A program made the translations under genes and the position numbers. Of a DNA stretch of 33,451 nt, positions 21,737-30,542 are shown piece after piece. Position 1 is the stretch's first letter, and every line of letters starts with the position of its first letter. Below the pieces are notes generated by a model. It made no database searches and was not told where the DNA came from. It saw only the letters and a program-made list of their open reading frames with translations. Origin of the DNA: an uncultured Candidatus Saccharibacteria bacterium (GTDB lineage: Bacteria > Patescibacteriota > Doudnabacteria > UBA920); the NCBI GenBank assembly GCA_964650345.1, contig CAZYSI010000005.1, forward strand, positions 1-33,451. The letters are read 5' to 3'.

Positions 21737-22797
21737 TCAATTTCTCGTTTCTGTTTACGACGATATAAATATATTACCCAAAGAATTAACGTTCCCATTA
21801 TCGCTACTAACACTCCTAATGCAACTAACTTCCCCATACTTTGCAAAAATACTGCTGTGAATCCAAACACAGCTGACAGAGCATATAATAGTAATGCTGT
21901 TTGCTTTTGCGAAAATCCTAAATCTATTAATCTAAAATGAATGTGCAGGCGATCGCCACGAAAGGGGCTTTGCCTAGACCAGAGGCGCTGCAAAATTACC
22001 CAGGCAACATCCAGGATTGGTATACCCATAACCAACAACGCAGTCGCAATTTTCCCACCGAGAATTACAGATAGTACGCCCAGAAGAAAACCGATTAAAG
22101 TACTACCACCTTCACCCAAAAAAATAGAAGCTGGATGGAATGCATAAATCAAATAACCAGCCAAAGCCCCTACTAAGATAATCGCAAAGCTAGCGGTAAT
22201 TGGCTGTTGCACATTTTCAGACAACGACAACGCAAACAAAGTCAGTCCAGCAATTAAACCAATTCCCGCAACTAAACCGTCGAGACCGTCTAAAAATTTA
22301 GTGGTAAACATCATACCCATCATCCATAAAAAAATGAAAATTGCCGAGCCTGGTAAGCCGCCTACTTTAAAACTTAAGTCAATTGGATTGCCAAATGGGT
22401 TACTAATTGCAGTTATCCCAACACCAATACCACTCCAAACTACTACGAACGCAGCTAGAGCTGGGAAAATCCAAAGTAAGTACGGTGGTAAATCATATTT
22501 ATCATCAAAAAATCCGCCAATCATTAAAATTAGCCCGCCAATTAAAGTAGCCCAGACGAATTTGAATGGCACTAAGAAAGGGTCTACTCCGCCAGAATAG
22601 ACAAACAACAAAATCGACACTCCGACTGCTAAAAAAATTGCTAGACCACCAAGCTTGGCTACAATATGCGAGTGAAGATTGCGAGGCGGACGAGGAATAT
22701 CTATCGCTTTAACCCGATGTGCAAACCAGCGCACCACTGGCGTTAAGATAGCCGCAATAATAAAAGCATATAAACCGTAAGCCAAGTAAGTGATCAT
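21727..22797 (-). CDS. polyprenyl-phosphate N-acetylhexosamine-1-phosphate transferase (GT4, WecA/TagO-like)
   Basis: A MraY/WecA-family polytopic protein of about 10-11 TM segments. KLGGLAIF and FFDDKYDLP resemble WecA/TagO rather than MraY (there is no TPTMGG-type motif). The ATG overlaps the upstream TAA (TAATG). Confidence 0.8.
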   Translation of the reverse strand: MITYLAYGLYAFIIAAILTPVVRWFAHRVKAIDIPRPPRNLHSHIVAKLGGLAIFLAVGVSILLFVYSGGVDPFLVPFKFVWATLIGGLILMIGGFFDDKYDLPPYLLWIFPALAAFVVVWSGIGVGITAISNPFGNPIDLSFKVGGLPGSAIFIFLWMMGMMFTTKFLDGLDGLVAGIGLIAGLTLFALSLSENVQQPITASFAIILVGALAGYLIYAFHPASIFLGEGGSTLIGFLLGVLSVILGGKIATALLVMGIPILDVAWVILQRLWSRQSPFRGDRLHIHFRLIDLGFSQKQTALLLYALSAVFGFTAVFLQSMGKLVALGVLVAIMGTLILWVIYLYRRKQKREIEVA

Positions 22798-24482
22798 TAT
22801 TTAACCTTCGCTCCTTGAATAGGATCTGGTTGCGCTCCACGCATTTCATCCATATCCATGGCTGTTACATCACCTTTGCGCGCCTTAGGTGTAACAAAGA
22901 ATTCCAAATACCAACCAAACATAAGACGAGTTTGAGCCTCAATTGCTGGCAAGCTACCAAAGATAAGGGAAGTAAATGGCACTAACACCCATTGTAGATA
23001 CATCATTACACTACGCCAGACACTATATTTCTTTGGTCTAGGCGGGAGCAGGATTAAATTAATGTACACACTGAAAATTAGAAAGCCCGTAGCAATGGTC
23101 ATTAAAGTTCTAGTAGCATGGGGTAAGTTGTAAGCAATAACAGTTTCCTTAAACTCCGGTCCCCCAATAAACAGCGGCAGCCAACCGAGCATAGTAATTA
23201 GCACACTAGCCGCTGCCCAGTTAAAATCTCCTTCAACATATTGCCACAGCTTATACATCCGATCCCAAAACGGGGCTTTGCTTTTAAGCAAGGCTGGCAC
23301 CAAGTGCGGGTAATACTCAACGTTGTAAGCCCAACGCTTTTTTTGCTTATACTGATTTTTTAAAGTTTGCCAAAATGTATCTGCTAAACAAGTGTCTAAA
23401 GAAACTGGAATAAACAACGGCACAACTTCGTAATCTCCTTTGTAATGCAAATAACATTGCCAGAAAATATATCCGTCTTCGTTGATGATATCTTTTTTCC
23501 AATACCCTACCTCGCGCAATGCCCGCAGGGTCATTGTATGCGAAGCGAACGTACGCAGCCGGTCTGGACGTGAGCTCTCAGTAAATTGCCAAAATGAATT
23601 CGACACCGACACTACTCGAATAAAAGCAGGACTGTCCCAAATGTTGTTATTATAGACTGCGATTGGCTGGTAACTCCGTCGATATGGTTTTTCTGAAGTC
23701 AAAAACGCATACATAACGCGAGCAAAATACTGCGGATGAACAATTGTATCGCTATCGAGATTAGAAATTAAAACCTTGTCTTCAGTAATTCCAAGTCCTT
23801 GGAAGATCGGCAACATCGAAGACACAGCATAACTTGCGTTAGCGCTCTTGCCCTTAATTTCCCCAGGCAGTCCATCTGGATGCACAGTGGTATACATTTT
23901 GTAGAACTGCCTTTGGAATTTTTCTGTAATTTTCTTAGCAACTTGCTGTGCTTCCAAACCAGCCCGCTCTTCAGAGGCTAAAATTATTATCATTTTGTCA
24001 TGCGGGTACTGAGTATTAGCCAACGCTTGCACGGTCGATGACAGCACTTCTACTGACTCATCAACAAAAGGAATAACTACAACATGATAAAACTCATTAA
24101 AGGGCGTGTTAATTACGCCGTTATTAACAAAATTTTTGAGTTTAGCAATCTCGTTGGTATAAAACTTTTTTTCAACAGTTTTCTTCGCCTTACCCAAACT
24201 AGTTTGCATGTGGTTAATTAGACCTGGGCGGTCTGTGAGCATTGCGACTAAAAGCAGCCAATCGATTTTGACATAAACTTTAAATTTTCGGTAACTGGAA
24301 ATTAGGTGAATTGCCGTATTCGATGCCTTAAGCAACCAATACAGGTCAAAACAAACTATGAACACCGCCGCCCAAACTGGTTTTGTAAAAGATAGTACTA
24401 TGGCACCAATAAAAACCAGCCAGATCGATAGGCCGGGCAGTATTTCCCAAAATCTTTCTCTGCGGGTACGTTTGCGAAACAT
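22797..24482 (-). CDS. membrane-embedded processive GT2 synthase (cellulose/chitin/PNAG-synthase-like)
   Basis: Two N-terminal and about four C-terminal TM helices flank a GT2 domain with VVIPFVDES, NLDSDT (DxD), INEDGY (TED-like) and QKKRW (QxxRW). Confidence 0.8.
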   Translation of the reverse strand: MFRKRTRRERFWEILPGLSIWLVFIGAIVLSFTKPVWAAVFIVCFDLYWLLKASNTAIHLISSYRKFKVYVKIDWLLLVAMLTDRPGLINHMQTSLGKAKKTVEKKFYTNEIAKLKNFVNNGVINTPFNEFYHVVVIPFVDESVEVLSSTVQALANTQYPHDKMIIILASEERAGLEAQQVAKKITEKFQRQFYKMYTTVHPDGLPGEIKGKSANASYAVSSMLPIFQGLGITEDKVLISNLDSDTIVHPQYFARVMYAFLTSEKPYRRSYQPIAVYNNNIWDSPAFIRVVSVSNSFWQFTESSRPDRLRTFASHTMTLRALREVGYWKKDIINEDGYIFWQCYLHYKGDYEVVPLFIPVSLDTCLADTFWQTLKNQYKQKKRWAYNVEYYPHLVPALLKSKAPFWDRMYKLWQYVEGDFNWAAASVLITMLGWLPLFIGGPEFKETVIAYNLPHATRTLMTIATGFLIFSVYINLILLPPRPKKYSVWRSVMMYLQWVLVPFTSLIFGSLPAIEAQTRLMFGWYLEFFVTPKARKGDVTAMDMDEMRGAQPDPIQGAKVK

Positions 24483-24491
24483 CTGATTAAA

Positions 24492-24821
24492 TTAACTGAC
24501 TCTAAATAAAAACAACACTGCTAATAATAGAAATGCGTTAACAATCGCAGTAACTAAAGCTGCTAGAAATGGGAGGAATGATCGGTCGAATTTCTGTAAA
24601 CGAATCAATCCAAAATTAACCATTCCAATTACTAATCCGGTTAGTGGAATTTTTAGCAATTCGTATTTGTTGCCAATTTCATTGACACCGATAATAATAT
24701 TGTAACGAAGTGCCACTGTGTCTGGAGCACCATGCATTTTGAAAAACACCGCAACGAGTGTTATAATAAACAAGACAATGGCAATGATCCAAGCCTTTCT
24801 GGTTAGAGAATCGTATTGCAT
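24492..24821 (-). CDS. small integral membrane protein (3 TM), first gene of the synthase operon
   Basis: 109-aa ORF with three hydrophobic helices. ATG at 24819-24821. It lies 9 nt upstream of the synthase gene. Confidence 0.65.
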   Translation of the reverse strand: MQYDSLTRKAWIIAIVLFIITLVAVFFKMHGAPDTVALRYNIIIGVNEIGNKYELLKIPLTGLVIGMVNFGLIRLQKFDRSFLPFLAALVTAIVNAFLLLAVLFLFRVS

Positions 24822-24842
24822 AAAAATGGACTAGCAAGTCCA

Positions 24843-24851
24843 ATTATACCA
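24843..24851 (-). promoter_or_regulatory. extended -10 promoter (TGGTATAAT) for the synthase operon
   Basis: The reverse complement reads TGGTATAAT, 21 nt upstream of ATG 24821. The short leader has a ggact/agtcc hairpin and no SD. Confidence 0.45.
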
Positions 24852-24854
24852 AAT

Positions 24855-26513
24855 ATGACACCAAAACAAAAATGGCTCCTAGTTGGCGTACTAGCGCTAG
24901 CAATCTTCTTTCGGTACTTCCAAATTATGGCAATGCCTGGTGGTTTATTCCCCGACGAAGCCGCTAATGGTATAGATGTTAACTCTATGATGGAGGGTAA
25001 CCTGCAGCCGTTTTACGAAGGTAATAACGGCCGCGAAGCGCTCTTTTTCTACATGCTTTGGGGCAGTGTAGAAATGTTTGGCCGCGGCCCTTGGCAACAT
25101 CATATTGTCTCAAGCTTAGTCGGCGTACTAGCAGTGCTTGGTTGTTTTTTGGCAACGCGCCAACTATTTAAATTCTTAGGCAAGGACCGAGAAGGTGACC
25201 CTGGCGGAGCAGCGCGTGCTACTAATTTAGCACTGTGGGCCAGTTTCTTCATGGCGGTGTCAGCTTGGCACACTACTCTATCGCGCACAGCGTTTCGTGC
25301 TAATTTAATTCCTTTATTCACAGCCTTCACTTTTTATTTTCTGATCCTTGCCCTTAGCACGACTAGCCGCACCAAGCGCTACTTGTGGTCTGTACTTACT
25401 GGGGCAACTTTCGCCTTAGGCTTCTACTCATATATTGCTTACCGCATTATGGTTCCACTAATTATAGTTGCGGTACTATGGCCAATCGCGGTGGATATTT
25501 TCAAGTCTCCACGCTTTCAGCAATTTAAAAAGTTTTTCTGGCCAACTGTGGTTAGTGGAATTTCTGCTGTTATCTTTATTTTTCCACTAGCTCATTACTT
25601 TTATACTCACCCAGGAAGTTTTGTAGGTCGCAGTGGACAAGTGTCTATATTTAACCCTGACTTAAATCAAGGTGATTTGTGGGGCACTTTAGCTAAGGTT
25701 AGCTATGACAGTCTCGTTGCTTACTTTTTCAATGGCGACTTAAACTGGCGCCATAATGTTTCCGGGGAAGCCTTTCTATCGATTATTATTTCACCGTTCT
25801 TTGCGATTGGCTTGATAGGCGTCACTCTTTTAGCGGTTCGCTATATATTTACGCCGATTAAAAATAAACTGGATTGGAAATACTTCTTGCTAGCTGGTTG
25901 GTTCTTTGCGATGTTAATTCCATCTGTTACTACAGCCGAAGGAATTCCCCATGGCCTGCGCGCAATTGGAACCATCCCTCCAGTATTCATTATTACCGCA
26001 GTGGGATTGTTCTGGGTTATGGATTGGGTGAAAATTATTGTTGATAAATACTGGGGTCAACTTCCGAGCTGGAAACAAACTTTGCTTACAGTTGCTTTTC
26101 ATGTCAAAACAATTGCTTTTATAATTGCCCTCATTTTGCACGGCTACATTTTGTACTTTGTGTTTGGGGCTAGTATTCCAGAAAACTTTTATGCGTTTCG
26201 TTCAGATTTAACTATAGTCAGCAATTACTTAAATGAGTCAGGGAATAAGAACAATACCTATCTTATTTTAGACAAATTTTCCATTATTACAGTTGAGTAT
26301 CTGACTACAGAAACTGACCGGCCTTACATTCAAGTCGATCCTGAAGATTCTTGGAAACTGACCGGTATAAAATCTGGGGACAAAATCGTGTTCGCACAAT
26401 CCAGCCTATTCGATATTCGGAAGTTCAAAGAATATCATCCTGAAGTAGAATTGGTAATGGAACAAAAAAATCAATTTGATCAAACCATAATGGCTGTATA
26501 CACTGTCAAATAA
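24855..26513 (+). CDS. GT-C fold glycosyltransferase, family 39 (PMT/ArnT-like)
   Basis: A polytopic protein of more than 10 TM segments, with the first-loop acidic motif GGLFPDEAANG and a C-terminal soluble domain. I prefer ATG 24855 (MTPKQKW); the TTG at 24816 would overlap the divergent gene. Confidence 0.8.
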   Translation: MTPKQKWLLVGVLALAIFFRYFQIMAMPGGLFPDEAANGIDVNSMMEGNLQPFYEGNNGREALFFYMLWGSVEMFGRGPWQHHIVSSLVGVLAVLGCFLATRQLFKFLGKDREGDPGGAARATNLALWASFFMAVSAWHTTLSRTAFRANLIPLFTAFTFYFLILALSTTSRTKRYLWSVLTGATFALGFYSYIAYRIMVPLIIVAVLWPIAVDIFKSPRFQQFKKFFWPTVVSGISAVIFIFPLAHYFYTHPGSFVGRSGQVSIFNPDLNQGDLWGTLAKVSYDSLVAYFFNGDLNWRHNVSGEAFLSIIISPFFAIGLIGVTLLAVRYIFTPIKNKLDWKYFLLAGWFFAMLIPSVTTAEGIPHGLRAIGTIPPVFIITAVGLFWVMDWVKIIVDKYWGQLPSWKQTLLTVAFHVKTIAFIIALILHGYILYFVFGASIPENFYAFRSDLTIVSNYLNESGNKNNTYLILDKFSIITVEYLTTETDRPYIQVDPEDSWKLTGIKSGDKIVFAQSSLFDIRKFKEYHPEVELVMEQKNQFDQTIMAVYTVK

Positions 26514-26517
26514 ATTT

Positions 26518-28101
26518 ATGGCTAATTCATCGATATTCAAAAGATTAACGAATTTTGTCACGAACAACCTCGCTTTACTAGGAATTGCTATCGTTGGTTT
26601 ATTATTACGTCTTTGGCATCTGACCAGTATTTCTTTATGGCATGACGAGGCTTTTTCCGCTTTGCTAATTAAATACTCTTGGGGGGAAATGTTCTACCGA
26701 ATTGGTCTAGACGTTCACCCACCACTTTACTATGTATTCCTGCGAGTATGGTCATACGTATTTGGTCATTCTTTGTTTTCATTGCGTGGAATGTCCGTGT
26801 TCTTTGGCATAGCTACTGTAATCGCGGTGTATTATTTCGTAAATTACACCTTTCAAAATCGGAAAGCTGCCTTGCTCGCTGCGCTACTTGTGGCAGTAAA
26901 TCCGTTCCAAATTCAATATGTGACCGAAGCCCGTATGTACACTATGGGTGCTTTCTTTGCGATTATGGCTGCGTTTGCATTGACTGTAGCACTGCGTAAA
27001 CAATCAAAATATTACGCTGCTAAATCTAATCTGGTTTTGCAAGCAAAATTGAAGAAAAGTTTTATTTGGGCTTATGCGGCATTTGTCTTCTACGCAACGA
27101 TCTTAATCTATACCCACTATTATTTATTATTCACAGTTGGGATGTTGGGCTTGTACGGACTTATTTTCTGTATTGTTACCTATCGCTTGGAATTAAAAAA
27201 ATATTTGTGGTTAGTGCTATCTGGGTTAGCTACTGCCGTGCTGTACTTACCATGGTTAAAAGTATTCATTTTCCAGCTCAAGCAAGTAGGCGCAGGTTAC
27301 TGGATACCACCAATGGACAAGTGGAGTATACCTAGCACATTATGGGAACTGCTTATTCGCCTTCCTCAACAAGGCCGCTGGGGATTAGTTTTAATCACCC
27401 TACTAACTTTAGTTATTATTGTCCGCGTTATTTGGAAGTATCAAGGCTCTGAAAAATGGTTAGTGTTAAGTGGATTTCTAGCACCGTTTATTGGCTCTGT
27501 CCTATTCTTAGTTTTGGCGACACTACAAAATAACTCTAACTCAGTTTATTTAGTCCGCTACTTTATTTTTGCTTCAGCATTCTATTCTATTTTGCTTTCG
27601 CTTTGGCTAAGTAGATTTAGGATAGCTGGAATAAGCAAGCTACTAGCCATAGTTTTAATTGGTTTGAACCTTTATTCAGTTTGGAACTATTGGGATGGCC
27701 TTCAAGTCAGCACCAAACCAGGCATGGCCGCAGCAGCTAAATTTTTAAATGCCAATGTAGAGCCAGATCATAAAATTTATTTAGGTAGCAGTTTTGAGTT
27801 CTTTAATTTCAAGTACTATAACCAAACTAATGTAAAACCGCTGCTATTTAGCAACGGTCAATACACTAAAGAGATGCCTCACTTTGCAGGCACTGCCATT
27901 TTAACCGATGAAGACTTAGTTCTGAATTTTGCTGAAGCCACTGCACCAGAAGACACAGTCTGGCTAATGTGGACTAATGGCTTCGGTGGATCGAAACCAA
28001 ACGTACCAAATAACTGGACCCAAATAGATGAAAAAGGTTTTGCCGAGGTCAGACCTTACGTCGGTACTTGGGTGATTGTTACCGAGTACAAGGTGAATTA
28101 A
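26518..28101 (+). CDS. GT-C fold glycosyltransferase, family 39 (PMT_2-like), tandem paralogue
   Basis: First-loop motif SLWHDEAFSA, a polytopic membrane domain and a ~130-aa C-terminal soluble domain. It starts 4 nt after the previous gene. Confidence 0.8.
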   Translation: MANSSIFKRLTNFVTNNLALLGIAIVGLLLRLWHLTSISLWHDEAFSALLIKYSWGEMFYRIGLDVHPPLYYVFLRVWSYVFGHSLFSLRGMSVFFGIATVIAVYYFVNYTFQNRKAALLAALLVAVNPFQIQYVTEARMYTMGAFFAIMAAFALTVALRKQSKYYAAKSNLVLQAKLKKSFIWAYAAFVFYATILIYTHYYLLFTVGMLGLYGLIFCIVTYRLELKKYLWLVLSGLATAVLYLPWLKVFIFQLKQVGAGYWIPPMDKWSIPSTLWELLIRLPQQGRWGLVLITLLTLVIIVRVIWKYQGSEKWLVLSGFLAPFIGSVLFLVLATLQNNSNSVYLVRYFIFASAFYSILLSLWLSRFRIAGISKLLAIVLIGLNLYSVWNYWDGLQVSTKPGMAAAAKFLNANVEPDHKIYLGSSFEFFNFKYYNQTNVKPLLFSNGQYTKEMPHFAGTAILTDEDLVLNFAEATAPEDTVWLMWTNGFGGSKPNVPNNWTQIDEKGFAEVRPYVGTWVIVTEYKVN

Positions 28102-29227
28102 TTAGGCACACAAACGCACGGGTCGGTATACGCAGATCTATGTAAGCTAAACCGTTGTAACGGTCCGGTGAAGTCTGTGATAGCAATAAATTCAGCCGAT
28201 TAACTACCTCGCGGCTATTTTCGTTTATATCAATAATCACCCGAAAAGTTCGTACTGAGTTATTTCCTTTTTGGAAAATTAGCTCCAACTCCTCTGCATT
28301 GAGTGGTAATGTAGTCTCAATACTTCCGGTTGGCTGTGGTGTTTCGGATGTTGTTTCAGTAGATGCTTCATCTGTAACTTCATTACTTTGCCCCACCTCC
28401 TCAGTATTTTCCACTTGCTCTTCAGATATTGTTTGTTCTTGGCCAGATTCCTCCGGTGTTAGCTCCTTTGGTGGCAAGGGTTGCTTGAATTCAGGCAACA
28501 CAATTTTTACTGACTGCAAGGTCGAGCCGGTAATAGCTTTCAGCTCTTCGTTAATTTGCGCAATGTATTGCACAGTTTTAGAAGTCAAAAATTCTCGGTT
28601 GTGCGAATTAGTAATTTTCGCATTGACATCAACTTTTATCATTCCAGGATTATTAGTGCTCTGCCACTGGTCACGACCAATGCCAGCTTGGCCTTTGGTG
28701 GTGCCATCATTGTAAACATCAAAAATTTGATCTGAACTGCGTACTAAAAACCGCTCGTACTTCGAATGAATGTACACAGTGACAGTTTTATTCTTAAAAT
28801 CGCGGTCTACTCGGTATATTTTGTCAACTGCGCTCACACCCATAGCTGCTTCTGTAATCCGGCGCTTACTTAGAAATAGTAAGTTACGTTGAGGATTATA
28901 CAATTTTACAGAGCTAAGTGAATCGTTAATAGCAGCCTCGGTTGCCTTGCGATTAACATCTGACATCCCCTCAACAACTAAAGTCTGCCAAGTCAAAAAA
29001 TTAGGAATATAGACTAGATAAACTAGCCCGCCAACAATAACGATTGCTAAAATTTTTCTCCAAATTGTTCCCAAACCAATCTGTGTTAAAAAACGGCTAA
29101 AGCTTCCCTCGGGGATTGGTTTAGCAGTACGCTTAAAAGTTCTTGCTAAATGCAGTTTTTCGTTAAACTGCCGGTTTTGAAAACGAATTTTTGGATCAAT
29201 TTTTGGTTTTTTCTTTTTGAAGAACAT
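28079..29227 (-). CDS. cell-division protein FtsQ/DivIB-like
   Basis: A basic cytoplasmic N-terminus, a single TM helix (ILAIVIVGGLVYLVYI), a POTRA-like segment (TLVVEGMSDVNRKATEAAINDSL) and a beta domain interrupted by a ~55-aa acidic low-complexity insert. It lies directly downstream of murF. Its 3' end overlaps the convergent GT39 gene by 23 nt. Confidence 0.6.
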   Translation of the reverse strand: MFFKKKKPKIDPKIRFQNRQFNEKLHLARTFKRTAKPIPEGSFSRFLTQIGLGTIWRKILAIVIVGGLVYLVYIPNFLTWQTLVVEGMSDVNRKATEAAINDSLSSVKLYNPQRNLLFLSKRRITEAAMGVSAVDKIYRVDRDFKNKTVTVYIHSKYERFLVRSSDQIFDVYNDGTTKGQAGIGRDQWQSTNNPGMIKVDVNAKITNSHNREFLTSKTVQYIAQINEELKAITGSTLQSVKIVLPEFKQPLPPKELTPEESGQEQTISEEQVENTEEVGQSNEVTDEASTETTSETPQPTGSIETTLPLNAEELELIFQKGNNSVRTFRVIIDINENSREVVNRLNLLLSQTSPDRYNGLAYIDLRIPTRAFVCLINSPCTR

Positions 29228-29248
29228 TTTAAAAAAATTTGATCTCTC

Positions 29249-30538
29249 CTACGACGTAAGCCACTTGCCATATTGGCGGACCAATAATTGTCCTGCGGCA
29301 GTGGGTTCAGCTAATAATTCTTTGACGATTTTTTCCATTCGCGCACCTTGGGAACCCTTAATTAAAATTACACTGTCTGGTTCGAGAGCTTGCAAGACAA
29401 AGCTCTTAGCTTGTTCGCTATCGACAAAATGAACAATGTTTTCCGAAGACATTCCAGCTGATGCTGCAGCCTCACCAATTTTTTTGCCTAGCTCACCCAC
29501 TGTAACAAGCCGGGAGATGTTTAGCTGGGCTGCCAGCTGTCCGACATCAGCATGGCCTATATTGGTTTCATCACCGAGCTCAAGCATGTCGCCAAGCACA
29601 GCAACTTTATATGAATTAGAAAACCTAGCTAGCAAACGTAAAGCTTCCATTGTGGAAACAGGCGCAGCATTGTATGTGTCGTCGATTAAAATAGACTTCT
29701 TGATTCCCGGCAACACATTTAAACGGCCTGGCACAGGACGATAATTCGCTAAGCCCTTAATAATTAAGTCAGTTTCAACTTGTAATGATTCAGCTACAGC
29801 TACAGCGGCGAGAATAGCTTTTTCATGCGCGGTGCCAACTACTGGAACAGTAATATTTAACTCACGAGTAGGGGTTTTAAAATACAAGGTACTGGAAGCT
29901 GGAAAGCTTAGACTTTCTTCTACTTTAGTCAAAATAATGTCAGGGTTATGGCCCGCTTCTTGTTTGCCATAAGAAATTTTCCGCGCTTGTGTCTTGGCTG
30001 TTTGCGCAGCAACTAAAATGTCGTCAGCATTATAAACATAGGTATCGTGCTTGCTTAGCACTTCCACCAACTTACCTTTTTCAGAAGCTATTTGTTCAGC
30101 ACTACTAAAAAACTCTCGATGCGAAATTCCTATGGTAGTGAGCACACTCATATTTGGCTTCACAATATCTACCAATTCATCCATGTCTCCCGGATGATCA
30201 ATCCCGTATTCCAAAACTAATACTTCAGGATAATTTTGAGGGAGTAGCCAAGTTGAAAAAGCCTTTAAAAATACATCAGGCCAATCAATGCCTTTATGGT
30301 TCTTTTTCCAACCACGAGTACCGAACAAGGTGTACATAATCCCAAAGTCAGTATTGTAGTTGTACAATGGTTCGCGCACGCGATACCTTGCAGACAACAC
30401 TGCGGCAATAGCGTGGCGCGAGGAAGTCTTCCCTATACTACCAGTCACCCCAATAACAAAAGGATGATACTTTGCCACAATTTTGTGCGCAAAGTAGCGT
30501 AGCAGTTTTTTTGCTTTCTCCCTTTTGACTCTTTTCAA
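29249..30538 (-). CDS. murF: UDP-N-acetylmuramoyl-tripeptide--D-alanyl-D-alanine ligase (short form)
   Basis: Mur ligase P-loop VIGVTGSIGKTSS and DDTYNAAP (MurF-type DDxYNANP). The P-loop begins at residue ~30, so the usual ~80-aa N-terminal domain is absent. Apparent TTG start, 4 nt after the serS stop. Confidence 0.8.
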   Translation of the reverse strand: MKRVKREKAKKLLRYFAHKIVAKYHPFVIGVTGSIGKTSSRHAIAAVLSARYRVREPLYNYNTDFGIMYTLFGTRGWKKNHKGIDWPDVFLKAFSTWLLPQNYPEVLVLEYGIDHPGDMDELVDIVKPNMSVLTTIGISHREFFSSAEQIASEKGKLVEVLSKHDTYVYNADDILVAAQTAKTQARKISYGKQEAGHNPDIILTKVEESLSFPASSTLYFKTPTRELNITVPVVGTAHEKAILAAVAVAESLQVETDLIIKGLANYRPVPGRLNVLPGIKKSILIDDTYNAAPVSTMEALRLLARFSNSYKVAVLGDMLELGDETNIGHADVGQLAAQLNISRLVTVGELGKKIGEAAASAGMSSENIVHFVDSEQAKSFVLQALEPDSVILIKGSQGARMEKIVKELLAEPTAAGQLLVRQYGKWLTS

Positions 30539-30542
30539 AATA

